Source: an uncultured Chloroflexia bacterium
GTDB lineage: Bacteria > Chloroflexota > Limnocylindria > Limnocylindrales > CSP1-4
Assembly: GCA_963752475.1 (NCBI GenBank)
Contig: CAVVYR010000026.1
Location: 39,250-103,249, forward strand
Direction of reading: 5' to 3'
Length of the DNA: 64,000 nt
The position numbers and the translations under genes are program-made. Positions 1 to 10,197 of this stretch are shown here, one piece after another. Below the pieces are notes generated by a model. It had not been told where the DNA came from and did no database searches. It saw only the letters and a list, made by a program, of their open reading frames with translations. Each line of letters opens with the position of its first letter. Within the stretch, counting starts at the first letter, position 1.

Positions 1-82
1 CCGGCCAGACCAGCGGCCAGTCCTCCCTGATGGCGGTGCGGATGTGGTGGGGCAGCATGTTCTCGTAGCGCATGACGTCTTC

Positions 83-1255
83 CTAGAGTTCGATCTCGAT
101 GAGATCCATGTAGCGGCCCTCGTTGAGCATCGCCGACGGGCCCGACTCGCTCACGAGGATGCCGTTCTCCCAGCGGCAACCGAAGTCGTCGTCATGGAAG
201 AACGTGTCCGCCTGGAAGGTCATGCCCGGCTCGATGGTGTACTCGCTCGTAGCCTCCATCCAGGGCTTCTCGACCTCCATCAAGCCGAGTCCGGTACAGG
301 GCCCGTAGAGGTAGTGGCGCATCATGCCCGCGTCGCGCACGAACTCCTCGTACTTGATGGCTACCTCCTTGGCCACGATGCCTGCCTGCACCCACTCGTA
401 GGTGCGGTAGTGCATGTCGCGGCAGAACTCGACGAGCTTCCGCTGCCGCTCGTTCATGGGTCCCAGGCAGATGGGCCGGCCGACCGAGGGCGAGTAGCCG
501 TCCACCCTTCCACCGACGTCGATCTGGATGATCTCGCCGACCTTCAGCGGCGCATGGGTCGAGCGCGAGATGCCGTTGGTCGTCCGGCGGCCGGAGAACG
601 AGTAGACCGTATGGGCCTCACCCTCAGCGCCGTTGGCGTAGAGCTCGGCGACGGCGATCCCGGCCAGCTCCAGCTCGGTCATGCCCGGCTTGACGGCCTT
701 GAGCATGGCCTCGAGCGCCAACTCGCCCAGGCGGAAGCCCTCGCGCAGACAGGCCAGCTCGGCTGGCGACTTGGACGCGCGCAGGGTGGCCGTGAGCTCG
801 TCGGCGTTGACGATCTCGGCGCTGGGGAAGGCCTCGCGCAGGCCCTCGTACATGGCCATGTTGGTGCACAGCCAGCCGGCTACGCCGATGCGCGCCGGAT
901 CGGTGACGCCGATCGACTCGAAGACCTCGCGATAGCCCACGCCGGCCACGCCCGGGTATTCCGGATCGGCCGTCTCTCGGTACTCCTTGAGCAGGTGGAT
1001 GTTGTCGATCAGACCGCGTTCCTTCGCGAACTCGCCCGACTCCATGCCCACCATCAGCGCGCTCTGCCCATCGGGTGCGATGGCCACGCCGCCCATCTCG
1101 AAGAGCGGCCAGTAGGCGCTGAAGTAGCGCACCACGGACGCGTCCGCCTCGGTGCCGTTACCCACGAGTACGTCGTACCCGGCTTCGGCCATGAGCGCGG
1201 CCGCCTTGGCTCGGCGCTCGGCGTATTCCTCGACGGGGATCATCGGTCGGTCCAT
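83..1255 (-). CDS. M24 family (Xaa-Pro peptidase/creatinase-like) protein
   Basis: 390-aa ORF. Creatinase-like N domain, KSPAEL, VKPGMTELEL, QIDVGGRVDGY, GLG and PGMTF..RWE motifs of the pita-bread fold. Confidence 0.85.
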   Translation of the reverse strand: MDRPMIPVEEYAERRAKAAALMAEAGYDVLVGNGTEADASVVRYFSAYWPLFEMGGVAIAPDGQSALMVGMESGEFAKERGLIDNIHLLKEYRETADPEYPGVAGVGYREVFESIGVTDPARIGVAGWLCTNMAMYEGLREAFPSAEIVNADELTATLRASKSPAELACLREGFRLGELALEAMLKAVKPGMTELELAGIAVAELYANGAEGEAHTVYSFSGRRTTNGISRSTHAPLKVGEIIQIDVGGRVDGYSPSVGRPICLGPMNERQRKLVEFCRDMHYRTYEWVQAGIVAKEVAIKYEEFVRDAGMMRHYLYGPCTGLGLMEVEKPWMEATSEYTIEPGMTFQADTFFHDDDFGCRWENGILVSESGPSAMLNEGRYMDLIEIEL

Positions 1256-1397
1256 GGTGGCTTCCCTCCTCGCTGCATCGGCCGCAGCAGGCTCACTGGA
1301 GTTGACGCGAACAGGGCTCCAGCATAGGTCGAATTGCCGAACGGCAATCGTTTACATCACACGCTGAGCCCGCCGCATCTCACCCCGCTGCCGGGTG

Positions 1398-2021
1398 TCA
1401 GGCGACGCGCTCGAAGAGGTAGGCGAACGGCGAGCGAGTGTAGGCCACGCCTCGGCCGGTGCGATGGAGGAGCTCGCGCGTGACCTCGGTCGGACGCTTG
1501 GGCACGAGGTACTCGTCGAGCCCGTCGGACTGGATCCTGGTGCGCCGGTCGCGTTGTTCCACAGCGGCCAGGAGCCGGAAGCGTTCGTCGATCGAGGCCA
1601 TGGCTGCGTCGCCGTGGCTCGAGTTCACCAGCAGGTGTCCGCCGACCGCCAGGTAGCGGGCGCAGTGCTCCGAAACGAACCCGGCGTAGAGCGACACCAG
1701 CAGATCGACCGAGCGTTCGGGGATCGGCAGTGGCCCGGCGTAGTCGCCATGGATGAACTCGAACTCGGGCACGCCGGACGCTCCCAGCTCCGTCAGCAGC
1801 TCGGACACGCCCTCGCGATCGGCGAAGAAGCGCTTGGCACGTTGGTCCATGTCGACGTACGTCGCCTTCGGCCATACGACCGACGGCGTAACGTCGACGT
1901 AGGAGCCGGGATAGAGCACGTGCTCGGCGTCGACGGCCTCGGCCACCGCCTCGAACAGGGGGCGCCGATCCCCGACCAGGTCGAGCTGTCTGTCCCACAG
2001 CTTTAGCGTCCTATCGAGCAT
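1398..2021 (-). CDS. Hypothetical protein, class I SAM-methyltransferase-like
   Basis: VLYPGSYVD, TYVDMD, VDLLVSLYAG and LAVGGHLLV motifs. TACGAT lies 7 nt before ATG 2021; alternative start 2030. Confidence 0.65.
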   Translation of the reverse strand: MLDRTLKLWDRQLDLVGDRRPLFEAVAEAVDAEHVLYPGSYVDVTPSVVWPKATYVDMDQRAKRFFADREGVSELLTELGASGVPEFEFIHGDYAGPLPIPERSVDLLVSLYAGFVSEHCARYLAVGGHLLVNSSHGDAAMASIDERFRLLAAVEQRDRRTRIQSDGLDEYLVPKRPTEVTRELLHRTGRGVAYTRSPFAYLFERVA

Positions 2022-2059
2022 GCTCCTCATCGTAGCGACGGTGGCGAAGCCTGCTCGAT

Positions 2060-2088
2060 TTGACGCCGGAACCCCTCGAGCCTACCGT
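2060..2088 (+). promoter_or_regulatory. Sigma70-type promoter
   Basis: TTGACG-17 nt-TACCGT upstream of the 2146 operon. Confidence 0.65.
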
Positions 2089-2145
2089 CGGAAGGCGTGA
2101 AGATCGAGCGCATCAACGCATGCGCAGCGGAGTCGAGGGGGCGCG

Positions 2146-2667
2146 ATGAAGGACCAGTTCCATCCTGTCCGCGACAACGAGCAGTGCGAGCAGATCATCG
2201 CCGGCACGTACCAGGGCGTGCTGTCGATGGCGCTCGCCGATGAGCCCTACGCGTTGCCGCTGAACCACGCCTTCATCGACGGCAGGTTCTACTTCCATTG
2301 TGCGGCCCAGGGCCGGAAGCTCGACGTCCTGGAGCAGAACCCGCAGGTGGTCTACGTCATCAACAAGTACTACGGTGACAGCGAGAAGCTGGCCAGGGCC
2401 ATGAAGTGCCACGGCAACTGGGAGAGCGTCATCGCTCGCGGCCGGGCTCGCATCGTCGCCGATGACGCCGAGCTCATCGACTGCATGAGGACCTACATGG
2501 CCTACTACGGGCACGCCGACTATCAGCACGGCGAGGACCTGCTGGGCCGAACGAAGATCATCGTGGTCGACGTCGAAGGCATGACCGCGCGACGTGAGTA
2601 CGACGACACGACGACGGACTACTGGACCTGGGAGCCGGTGGCAGCGGGGGAGGATGGACGAGCATGA
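2146..2667 (+). CDS. Pyridoxamine 5'-phosphate oxidase family (NimA-like flavin-binding) protein
   Basis: GVLSMA..PYALPLNH, FYFHCAAQGRKLDVLEQNPQV and WESVIARGRA motifs. Confidence 0.85.
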   Translation: MKDQFHPVRDNEQCEQIIAGTYQGVLSMALADEPYALPLNHAFIDGRFYFHCAAQGRKLDVLEQNPQVVYVINKYYGDSEKLARAMKCHGNWESVIARGRARIVADDAELIDCMRTYMAYYGHADYQHGEDLLGRTKIIVVDVEGMTARREYDDTTTDYWTWEPVAAGEDGRA

Positions 2668-4304
2668 CGGGCGATCGGATCCGACTCGAGGGGACCGTGG
2701 CGCTGCAGGGCGCGGACCGGCACGTCCACGCGGCGCGTCGTCTGCGTGAGGCGTTCCCGGGGATCGAGTGGCGAGATGCCGGTGACGGCCCAGCACTCGA
2801 GTTGAGCGAAGACGCTGGTCTGGCCGAGGGCGCCTTCCGCATCGAGGCCGCTCCCGGCCGCGTGTCTGTCACCGGCGGCCCGTTCTCCGGCGTCATCTAT
2901 GGCGCAGAGGAGCTGATCGACCGCGCCGGCGGCGACCCCAGACAGCTGACCCTGCCGCCGGGCGTCGTCGAGGATGCACCCGGTCTGGCCTATCGCACGT
3001 TCTGGACCTGGGACCACTCCACCAACTGGGAGCTGAGTCAGGTCGGCCAGCAGGAGATCGGTGTCTTCAACCCGTACGGCAAGCCGCCATCGGGCTTCCT
3101 CGCCGACTACCAGCGGGTCGTCGATTTCTGCTCACGCAACCGCATCGCGGCCGTCGTCATCTACGGCTTCCTGCGCGATCCCCACGGTGGGCCGGAGGCG
3201 GCGCAGGAGCTCTGCCGCTACGCCACCGAGCGTGGCGTGCGCATCCTGCCCGGAATCGCCATCGGCTCCTACGGTGGCGTCTACTGGGAGGGCGACAGCC
3301 GCTACAACCTGGCCACCTGGCTGCGCCAGAACCCGCAGCACGCGGCCACGCTGGAGAAGGGCGTCGGGTTCCAGATCGAGGACCTCGCCTTCCCGCTCAA
3401 CTTCCCCAAGTCGGACTACACGCTCTCGGCTTGCCCCTCGGCGCCGGAGACGATGGCCTGGATGGAGGAGGGTGTGGCCTGGCTGGCCGAGACATTCGAC
3501 ATCGGCGGCATCAACATCGAGGCCGGCGACTACGGCGTCTGTGGCTGCGACCGCTGTGTCGCGCGCCGGGCCAACGAGGCCGAGGCTGCTCGGCGCGTCG
3601 ACGACTTCGGCGACTCCTGGTCCCACACCGACATGGCCGACAACTTTCCCCGGCTCTACCGCACGGCCAAGGGCGTCAAGCCCGATCTCTGGCTCTACAG
3701 CGAGATCCAGTGGGACAACCTGCTCGACCCCGTGGCCCACGAGGCCCAGCGGCGCCTGCCCCGCGGCGGCATCTACCAGCACACCACCAACCGCACGTAC
3801 TGGAGCCGCATCGAGGCCGAGTTGACGCGCGAGTACGTCGAGTCGCTGCCGATGCAGCCGAACGTGCTGCGCTGCCAGTTCGCCTGCCAGTGGAACGGTG
3901 ACGAACGCTCCGAGCGCTACTTCCTCAACGCCCGGGTATTCAGCGACATGGCTCGGCTCTGCGGCGCACGCGGGATGCAGGGGCTGACCGTCTGGGGCGA
4001 GCCCTCGCCGTATCACGCCACGGTCGAGCTCTCATACCTCGCCTTCGCTCGCTTCAGCTGGGATCCCACCCTCACCTGGGAGCGCTTCATGGCCGATGAC
4101 GTCGCACCGCTACTCGGCGGAACCGAGGCTGCCGGGGCCTTCGTCCGCATCGCCGAAGAACTGGATGCGGACCAGGTGCTACCCGTCGACCGACTGCAGT
4201 CACTGCGCGCTGAAGCCATGGACCACCGTGCCGCGGACGAAGCCGGTCGGCGCTGGCTCTCGCTCGAGGACCAGATCAGCCGCCGCATCTACATGGGCGC
4301 CTAG
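2664..4304 (+). CDS. Uncharacterised glycoside-hydrolase-like protein (GH20-type N-terminal domain plus probable barrel)
   Basis: EGAFRI..VSVTG..GVIYG..VEDAP.LAYR resembles GH20 domain 2. CGCDRC motif. ATGA overlap with the upstream gene. Confidence 0.55.
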   Translation: MTGDRIRLEGTVALQGADRHVHAARRLREAFPGIEWRDAGDGPALELSEDAGLAEGAFRIEAAPGRVSVTGGPFSGVIYGAEELIDRAGGDPRQLTLPPGVVEDAPGLAYRTFWTWDHSTNWELSQVGQQEIGVFNPYGKPPSGFLADYQRVVDFCSRNRIAAVVIYGFLRDPHGGPEAAQELCRYATERGVRILPGIAIGSYGGVYWEGDSRYNLATWLRQNPQHAATLEKGVGFQIEDLAFPLNFPKSDYTLSACPSAPETMAWMEEGVAWLAETFDIGGINIEAGDYGVCGCDRCVARRANEAEAARRVDDFGDSWSHTDMADNFPRLYRTAKGVKPDLWLYSEIQWDNLLDPVAHEAQRRLPRGGIYQHTTNRTYWSRIEAELTREYVESLPMQPNVLRCQFACQWNGDERSERYFLNARVFSDMARLCGARGMQGLTVWGEPSPYHATVELSYLAFARFSWDPTLTWERFMADDVAPLLGGTEAAGAFVRIAEELDADQVLPVDRLQSLRAEAMDHRAADEAGRRWLSLEDQISRRIYMGA

Positions 4305-5105
4305 CTCGGCTGGTTCGAAGCGACCGACGCGGTCGCGACCTCCAGTGGGACGACGTCCGTCCGCAGCCACGTCTCGTAGTAGTCGAACGGGACGGTCGAC
4401 TGGTCCCAGGTGGCCGAACGGATCCGAACGAGTGGGTCGCCCTCCGGGACGCTGAGCAGCTCCGCGATATCCGCCGGCGCCCCGAGTGCGTGGATGATGC
4501 GCTGCGCGCCGTAGGCCACGAAGCCCTCGCGTGCCAGCGCAGAGTTCAGCGATGCCTCACCGCTCAGGACGTCCGCCGATCCCTTGATCACGGGTTCGAC
4601 GTGAGGCGGGTGGTAGTTCGTGCCGATCAGAGCGGGCGCGCCGTCAAGGAGCCGGCGGCGGACGAGCACGAGTCCCCGGCTGCCTTCGGCGATCCGCAGC
4701 GCGTGGCAGACGTGCTCCGGAAACGGCTGCTCATCGGCGCTGAGCACCTGGGTCGTGACGCGTCGGTTGTGATGCCCGATGCCATTCTCCAGGAAGCCGG
4801 CTCGGTCCTGGATCGATCCAGCCGTGCTCCTGCGGCGGGGTGCTGGCGAAGTGCCCACGGTTCACGATACGCACCGCGTAGCCGCGCGCGACGAGCGCCT
4901 GCAGCGCCTGGCGCACGGTCGAGCGGGAAAGCCCGAAACGGTCGGCGAGCTCGAGCTCGGAAGGCAGCCGGCTCTTCTCCTCGATCACGCCGTCGAGGAT
5001 CCGCTGCTCGAGGATGTCCGTCAGTTGGCGGTGATAGGGCGTGGGGGAATCGCGTCGGATGACCTCGCCGCGGTCGGCGGGATCTTCGCTCTCGCGCTTC
5101 GTCAT
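4301..5105 (-). CDS. GntR (HutC subfamily) regulator with UTRA domain; frameshift near 4820-4860
   Basis: PYHRQL..RLPSELELADRFGLSRSTVRQAL HTH in one frame; UTRA (AELLSVPEGDPLVRIRSAT..PFDYYETWLRTD) in another. Confidence 0.85.
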
Positions 5106-5208
5106 GGCCACGGAACCAACTCCATAGTGGGCTTTGCGACGCCGTCCTCGACGCGCCGACACCTGGCAGAAGCGTAGGACCTTCGAGGCCTCGGCGTTGT
5201 GACCGTAT

Positions 5209-5254
5209 TGTACGCACTGTACCGAACTGTACGAATTGTATGGACAATCCGTAC
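5209..5254. promoter_or_regulatory. Putative GntR operator region
   Basis: Palindrome ATTGT-ATGG-ACAAT (5235-5248) plus TGTAC repeats at 5209, 5218 and 5228, between the divergent GntR gene and ABC operon. Confidence 0.55.
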
Positions 5255-5320
5255 ACAGTGTGCAAGGATGGCCGCGCCAGTTCGTCAGCCAGTGACGACA
5301 CCGCACTTGGAGGAGAACCC

Positions 5321-6379
5321 ATGGATGGTCTACTGCGCCGAGTCGCTCTTCGCGGCTCCGTGATCGGAGCGGCGCTGATGCTCAGCGTCTCGAGCGTCGG
5401 TCTCGCACAGGACGAGATGGCTGGCTCCTGCGTGGCAGGGGATACGCCGTTCAGCACCGACGACGCGGCCGACAGCATCAACTACACGGACCTCGAAGCC
5501 CAGCTCGGCCCGGTTCCCGAGGTGGCTGAGGGCACGACCCTCGGTTCGATCATGAAGTTCCTGGGCAACCAGTACTGGATCATCCTCGCCGACGGCCAGT
5601 CGGTCGCGGCTGACCAGTTCGGCGTCACCGTCGATGTCCAGGCTGCAGCCAGCGAGTCCGACCAGGTCGGCCAGCTCAACGCAGCCGAGACGATGCTGCG
5701 CGCTGGCTATGACGCGTTGCTCGTATCGCCCCAGACCGACACCAACCTGTGCCCCGCGGTCGAGAAGGCCGAAGAGGCCGGCGTCCTCGTGCTCAACGTC
5801 AACGACGCCGTGCTGCCCGGAGCCAGGCAGTGGGTCGGCCCGAACCAGATCCAGAACGGCATCAGCGCCGCCGAGTACATGCTCGAGAACCTGCCCGAGG
5901 GCGCGAAGGTCGCGGTCATCGAAGGCCAGGCCGGCGTCTACGCGGCCGGACAGCGGACCAAGGGCTTCACCGACACCGCCGTTGCCGGCGGGCTCGACGT
6001 GGTCGCCAGTGTCCCGGGTGACTGGGATATCCAGAAGGCGCTCGACGCCGCCGCCACGATCATCCAGCAGCATCCCGATATCGCCGGCTTCTACGCCAAC
6101 AACGACACGATGGCACTGGGCATCGCCGAGGCTGTCAACGCCGCCGAGCTGACCGGCGAGGTCATGGTCATCGGCACCGACGGCATCGAGGCCGCATATG
6201 ACGCCATCCGCTCCGGCGACCTCACGGCCACCGTCGACTCGTATCCCTATATCACCGGCCAGGTAGCCGTCGATGTCGCGCTGCGCATCCTCGGCGGCCA
6301 GGAAGTCCCGCGTGCGGTCTACACGCCGCAGGCGTTGATCACGTCCGAGAACGTCGACGATCCCGCTCCGTCGCTGTAG
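5321..6379 (+). CDS. Sugar ABC transporter substrate-binding protein (RbsB/AlsB-like)
   Basis: GGAGG SD, signal peptide, NQYW, VIEGQAG, GDWD, YANNDTMALG and IGTDG motifs. Confidence 0.9.
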   Translation: MDGLLRRVALRGSVIGAALMLSVSSVGLAQDEMAGSCVAGDTPFSTDDAADSINYTDLEAQLGPVPEVAEGTTLGSIMKFLGNQYWIILADGQSVAADQFGVTVDVQAAASESDQVGQLNAAETMLRAGYDALLVSPQTDTNLCPAVEKAEEAGVLVLNVNDAVLPGARQWVGPNQIQNGISAAEYMLENLPEGAKVAVIEGQAGVYAAGQRTKGFTDTAVAGGLDVVASVPGDWDIQKALDAAATIIQQHPDIAGFYANNDTMALGIAEAVNAAELTGEVMVIGTDGIEAAYDAIRSGDLTATVDSYPYITGQVAVDVALRILGGQEVPRAVYTPQALITSENVDDPAPSL

Positions 6380-6410
6380 CTGACGGCAGATCCGGAGTAC
6401 GGCGTCCCAA

Positions 6411-7394
6411 GTGACCACGACCACGACAGCGGGGAGAGGCGGAGCCATCCGCCTCGCCGCGCTGTTCGCCGAGAACAGAACCGTCGGCGTCCTCGTCGCC
6501 CTCGTCGCGACGTTCGCCATCTTCACCATCCTCGAACCGAAATTCCTCGATCTCGGCAACATCATCGAGATCGGGGTGCAGTCGTCGATCATCGGCGTCG
6601 TCGCCCTCGGGATGACGCTCGTCATCGTGACCCGTGGCATCGACCTCTCGGTCGGCTCGATCGTGGGGCTCGTGAGCGTCATCTGTGCCACGAACCTCGA
6701 TGCCTGGGGAACCTTCCCCACGATCGCGGTCGGCCTCGCGCTCGGCGGCCTGCTGGGCATGATCAACGGCTCGTTCTCCGCCCTTTTTAACCTCGAGTCG
6801 TTCGTGGTCACGCTGGCCACCCTCAACGTCTATCGCGGCCTGGCCTTCCTGTACACCGAAGGGCGCCCCATCTTCGGCATCGACGATGGCTTCCGCGACT
6901 TCTTCGGTGCCGACCTCGGGTCCATCCCCAAGCCCATCCTGTTCCTGCTGGGTGCGACCGTCGTCGCCTACCTCATCCTCAACTGGTCTCGCTCCGGCAC
7001 CCACTTCAAGGCCATCGGCACGAACGAGCTCGCCTCGAAGAAGAGCGGTGTCATGGTCGAGCGGACCAAGATCGTGGCCTTCACGCTCTCCGGCATGTTC
7101 GCCGCTCTGGGCGCCCTGCTGCTGATGAGCAGGATCGGTGCGGCGGAGCCGATCTCCGGCACCGGCTACGAGCTCCTTGTCATCGCGGCAGTCGTCGTCG
7201 GCGGCACGAGCCTCGGCGGTGGACGTGCCACGATCGTCGGCACCATCCTCGGCGCCCTGCTCCTCGGCGCCATCCGCACCGGACTCACACTGCAGAACGT
7301 CAATCCGTTCTGGCAGCTCGTGGTCACCGGCGTGATCATCCTCGTGGCCGTGCTCGTCGACCGGGTCACGGCACGCGTGAGCGCCCGGCGATGA
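6411..7394 (+). CDS. Sugar ABC transporter permease (RbsC-like)
   Basis: GIDLSVGS, FVVTLAT and GYELLVIAAVVVGGTSLGGG motifs. Confidence 0.92.
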   Translation: MTTTTTAGRGGAIRLAALFAENRTVGVLVALVATFAIFTILEPKFLDLGNIIEIGVQSSIIGVVALGMTLVIVTRGIDLSVGSIVGLVSVICATNLDAWGTFPTIAVGLALGGLLGMINGSFSALFNLESFVVTLATLNVYRGLAFLYTEGRPIFGIDDGFRDFFGADLGSIPKPILFLLGATVVAYLILNWSRSGTHFKAIGTNELASKKSGVMVERTKIVAFTLSGMFAALGALLLMSRIGAAEPISGTGYELLVIAAVVVGGTSLGGGRATIVGTILGALLLGAIRTGLTLQNVNPFWQLVVTGVIILVAVLVDRVTARVSARR

Positions 7395-7468
7395 TGACGA
7401 CGCAATCGGTGCCTCAGCCATCTCGATCCAGCTGCCGCCGGCACCGATCGGTCCCCCGGAGGTGCCTC

Positions 7469-8218
7469 ATGAGCGAGGCCTACATCGACCTGCGAGACAT
7501 CACCAAGGACTTCGGCGGTGTCCACGCCCTCCGCGGCGTGAACATGCAGATCCCCGAGGGCGAGGTAACGGCCATCGTGGGCGACAACGGCGCCGGCAAG
7601 TCCACGCTCATCAGCTGCCTCTCCGGACTGCATGAGCCCTCGTCGGGGCAGATCCTCATCGATGGGGTCGAGGTTCGTATCACCTCACCCATCGACTCGC
7701 GCAGCCAGGGCATCGAGACCGTCTACCAGGACCTTGCCGTGATCGACACCCTGACCGTCGCGGAGAACCTCTACCTCTCGCGCGAGCAGACGTTCGGGAT
7801 CCGCCCGTTCAAGCTGCTCAACCGCCGCAAGATGCAGGCCGGCGCGATCGAGATGCTCAAGCGGGTGGGAAACACCACCATCCCCGCCTCGCGGGAGCTC
7901 TCTGCCATGTCGGGCGGTCAGCGCCAGGCCGTGGCCATCGTCCGCGCTGTCGGCTGGGGCGCCAAGATCATCATCTTCGACGAGCCCACGGCTGCCCTCG
8001 GCGTCAAGGAGTCGGCCGAGGTGCACACCCTCATCAAGGGTCTCCGTGACGAAGGCATCACCGTCATCTTCATCAGCCACAACTTCGAGGAGGTGATGGG
8101 GCTCGCGGACCTCGTGTGGGTCATGCGGCACGGCAAGGCCGTAGCCTCCCGGCGCGCGACCGAGACCTCGGGGCTCGAACTGGTGGCACTCGTGACAGGC
8201 GCCGCCGATGGATCGTGA
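7469..8218 (+). CDS. Sugar ABC transporter ATP-binding protein
   Basis: GDNGAGKST, MSGGQRQ, FDEPTAALG and ISH motifs. GGAGG before ATG 7469. Confidence 0.92.
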   Translation: MSEAYIDLRDITKDFGGVHALRGVNMQIPEGEVTAIVGDNGAGKSTLISCLSGLHEPSSGQILIDGVEVRITSPIDSRSQGIETVYQDLAVIDTLTVAENLYLSREQTFGIRPFKLLNRRKMQAGAIEMLKRVGNTTIPASRELSAMSGGQRQAVAIVRAVGWGAKIIIFDEPTAALGVKESAEVHTLIKGLRDEGITVIFISHNFEEVMGLADLVWVMRHGKAVASRRATETSGLELVALVTGAADGS

Positions 8219-8295
8219 CGGCCGGGCCTCGGGCACACTGCTCGAATCGGTATTCCAGACCACTACGCCATGCTCAACGCTGAGGTGAACCTCGC

Positions 8296-9285
8296 ATGAC
8301 CCGATACCGCTACGCCGCCCGGCTCAATTCGTTCACGACCCGCCCGGAGCTCTTCTGGCCTGGGCGGACCGAGAAGCCGGGCACCTTCGATCTCATCGAG
8401 CGTGCGGCCACGGCCGAGGGTCTCAACGCCGTCGACGTCAACTACCCGCAGCAGGTCGTCGGTATCAGTCCGGCCGAGATGCGCACACGCCTGGCCGACC
8501 TGGATGTGACGCTGAGCGGCTACGCCATGCGCTACAACGGCGATCCGGACTTCCTTGCAGGCGCGTTCACCAACGCCGATCCCGCCGTACGCCAGAAGGC
8601 CATCGATATCAGCAAGAAGGGCGTGGACGAGGCACGCGAAGCTGGCGCCACGATGCTCACGCTGTGGCTCGGCCAGGACGGCGTGGATCATCCCTTCGAG
8701 ACCGACTACGCGAACATGTGGGGCTGGGAGGTCGAGGGCGTGCGGGCGGTCGCCGAACACGACCCGGAGCTACCGATCTCGATCGAGTACAAGCCCAACG
8801 AGCCCAAGGCCATCAGCGCCATCCCCAACGTGGCGGCCACGCTCATGGCCATCGAGGAGGCCGGCTCCCCGAACCTGGGCGTGACGCTCGATTTCGCGCA
8901 CGTGCTCTACGGCGACACCAGCCCGGCCATGGCCGCGGCGCTGGTGGGGCGTCGGAGCAGGATGCTGGGCCTGCACATCAACGATGGCTACGGCAAGCGC
9001 GACGACGGGCTGATGGTGGGCTCGGTACACACGGTGCAGACCATCGAGCTGCTGCGCCAGCTGAAGCGGGATGGCTTCGGCGGCACCATCTACTTCGACA
9101 CCTTCCCCGACGGCCAGGGCATGGACCCGGTGGCTGAGACCGAAGCCAACGTCGTCACCATCGAAGCCATGTTCGACATCATCGACGAGCTGCCTGAAGC
9201 GGAGTTGCAGTCAGCGCTCGAATCCGGCGATGGGCTGGCCGCCCATCGGATGGTGCAGCGGGCGATCCTCGGGCGCGGCGAATGA
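8296..9285 (+). CDS. Xylose-isomerase-like TIM-barrel sugar isomerase
   Basis: WLGQDG, IEYKPNEP, TLDFAH, HINDG..DDG and YFDTFP motifs. Confidence 0.85.
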   Translation: MTRYRYAARLNSFTTRPELFWPGRTEKPGTFDLIERAATAEGLNAVDVNYPQQVVGISPAEMRTRLADLDVTLSGYAMRYNGDPDFLAGAFTNADPAVRQKAIDISKKGVDEAREAGATMLTLWLGQDGVDHPFETDYANMWGWEVEGVRAVAEHDPELPISIEYKPNEPKAISAIPNVAATLMAIEEAGSPNLGVTLDFAHVLYGDTSPAMAAALVGRRSRMLGLHINDGYGKRDDGLMVGSVHTVQTIELLRQLKRDGFGGTIYFDTFPDGQGMDPVAETEANVVTIEAMFDIIDELPEAELQSALESGDGLAAHRMVQRAILGRGE

Positions 9286-10196
9286 CCCTACGGCCGCAGG
9301 TCGCGGTCGCGGGCAGCCTGCACTACGACATCATGGTCCAGGCGCCGTACCTGCCACGGACGGGAGAGACGCTCATCGGCGATGCCTGGTGGTGGAAGCC
9401 CGGCGGCAAGGGCGGCAACCAGGCCATGGCCGCGGCGCGTCATGGGGCCGAGGTGTGCATGATCGGGAGCCTCGGCGACGACGGCTTCGGCGCGCGGCTG
9501 CGGACCGAGCTGGCCGAGGCCGGCGTAGACCTGACCCACATCCGGACGGTCGAACGCGGTTCGGGTATGAGCGTGGCGTTGCAGCAGGCTGATGGCGACT
9601 ATGCCGCGGTCGTCGTGTCCGGCGCCAACCGCGAGATCGACGAGGGTCAGGTCGCCTCCAGCGGCCGGGCCATCACCGACGCCCGGGTGCTGGTCCTGCA
9701 GAACGAGATCTCGGAAGCCGCCAGCGCCGCCGCCGCCCGGCTGGCGCGTGGGGCCAGCGTGACCGTCATCCACAACGCGGCCCCAGCGCGCGCGTTGGCT
9801 GAGCTGGCAGGGCTCGTCGACATCCTGGTGGTCAACACCGTCGAGGCCGAGCAGCTCGGGGCGGGCTCCATCGACGGTCTCGCCTCGGCTGCCCGTGCTG
9901 CCTCGGAGTTGCGGCACCTGGCAGCATCGGTCGTGGTCACCGCCGGTGGCGCTGGTGTGGCCGCCGTGGATCGCGCCGGCTCGATCGAGCTGCCGCCGCA
10001 CCCGGTCGAGCGACCGGTGACGCACGGAGCGGGTGACGTCTTCGTGGGGGCGTTGGCTGCTCGCCTCGCCATCGGTGAGCCGCTGTTCGGCGCGCTGCGC
10101 TACGCCAACGCCGCCGCCGCGCTGCACGTGGGCACGCCGGAGGCGGAGCGAGACGGACTCGGGCCCGCCGACGTGGTGCGACTGCTCGAAGGTTGA
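9282..10196 (+). CDS. PfkB/ribokinase family sugar kinase
   Basis: PGGKGGNQA, VLQNE, HNAAPA and HGAGDVF motifs. Confidence 0.9.
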   Translation: MTLRPQVAVAGSLHYDIMVQAPYLPRTGETLIGDAWWWKPGGKGGNQAMAAARHGAEVCMIGSLGDDGFGARLRTELAEAGVDLTHIRTVERGSGMSVALQQADGDYAAVVVSGANREIDEGQVASSGRAITDARVLVLQNEISEAASAAAARLARGASVTVIHNAAPARALAELAGLVDILVVNTVEAEQLGAGSIDGLASAARAASELRHLAASVVVTAGGAGVAAVDRAGSIELPPHPVERPVTHGAGDVFVGALAARLAIGEPLFGALRYANAAAALHVGTPEAERDGLGPADVVRLLEG

Positions 10197-10197
10197 G

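Noticed and set aside
8296-9285. Naming the isomerase xylA or an apiose isomerase
   Set aside because: The motifs support only the xylose-isomerase-like superfamily; the substrate cannot be assigned from the sequence alone.
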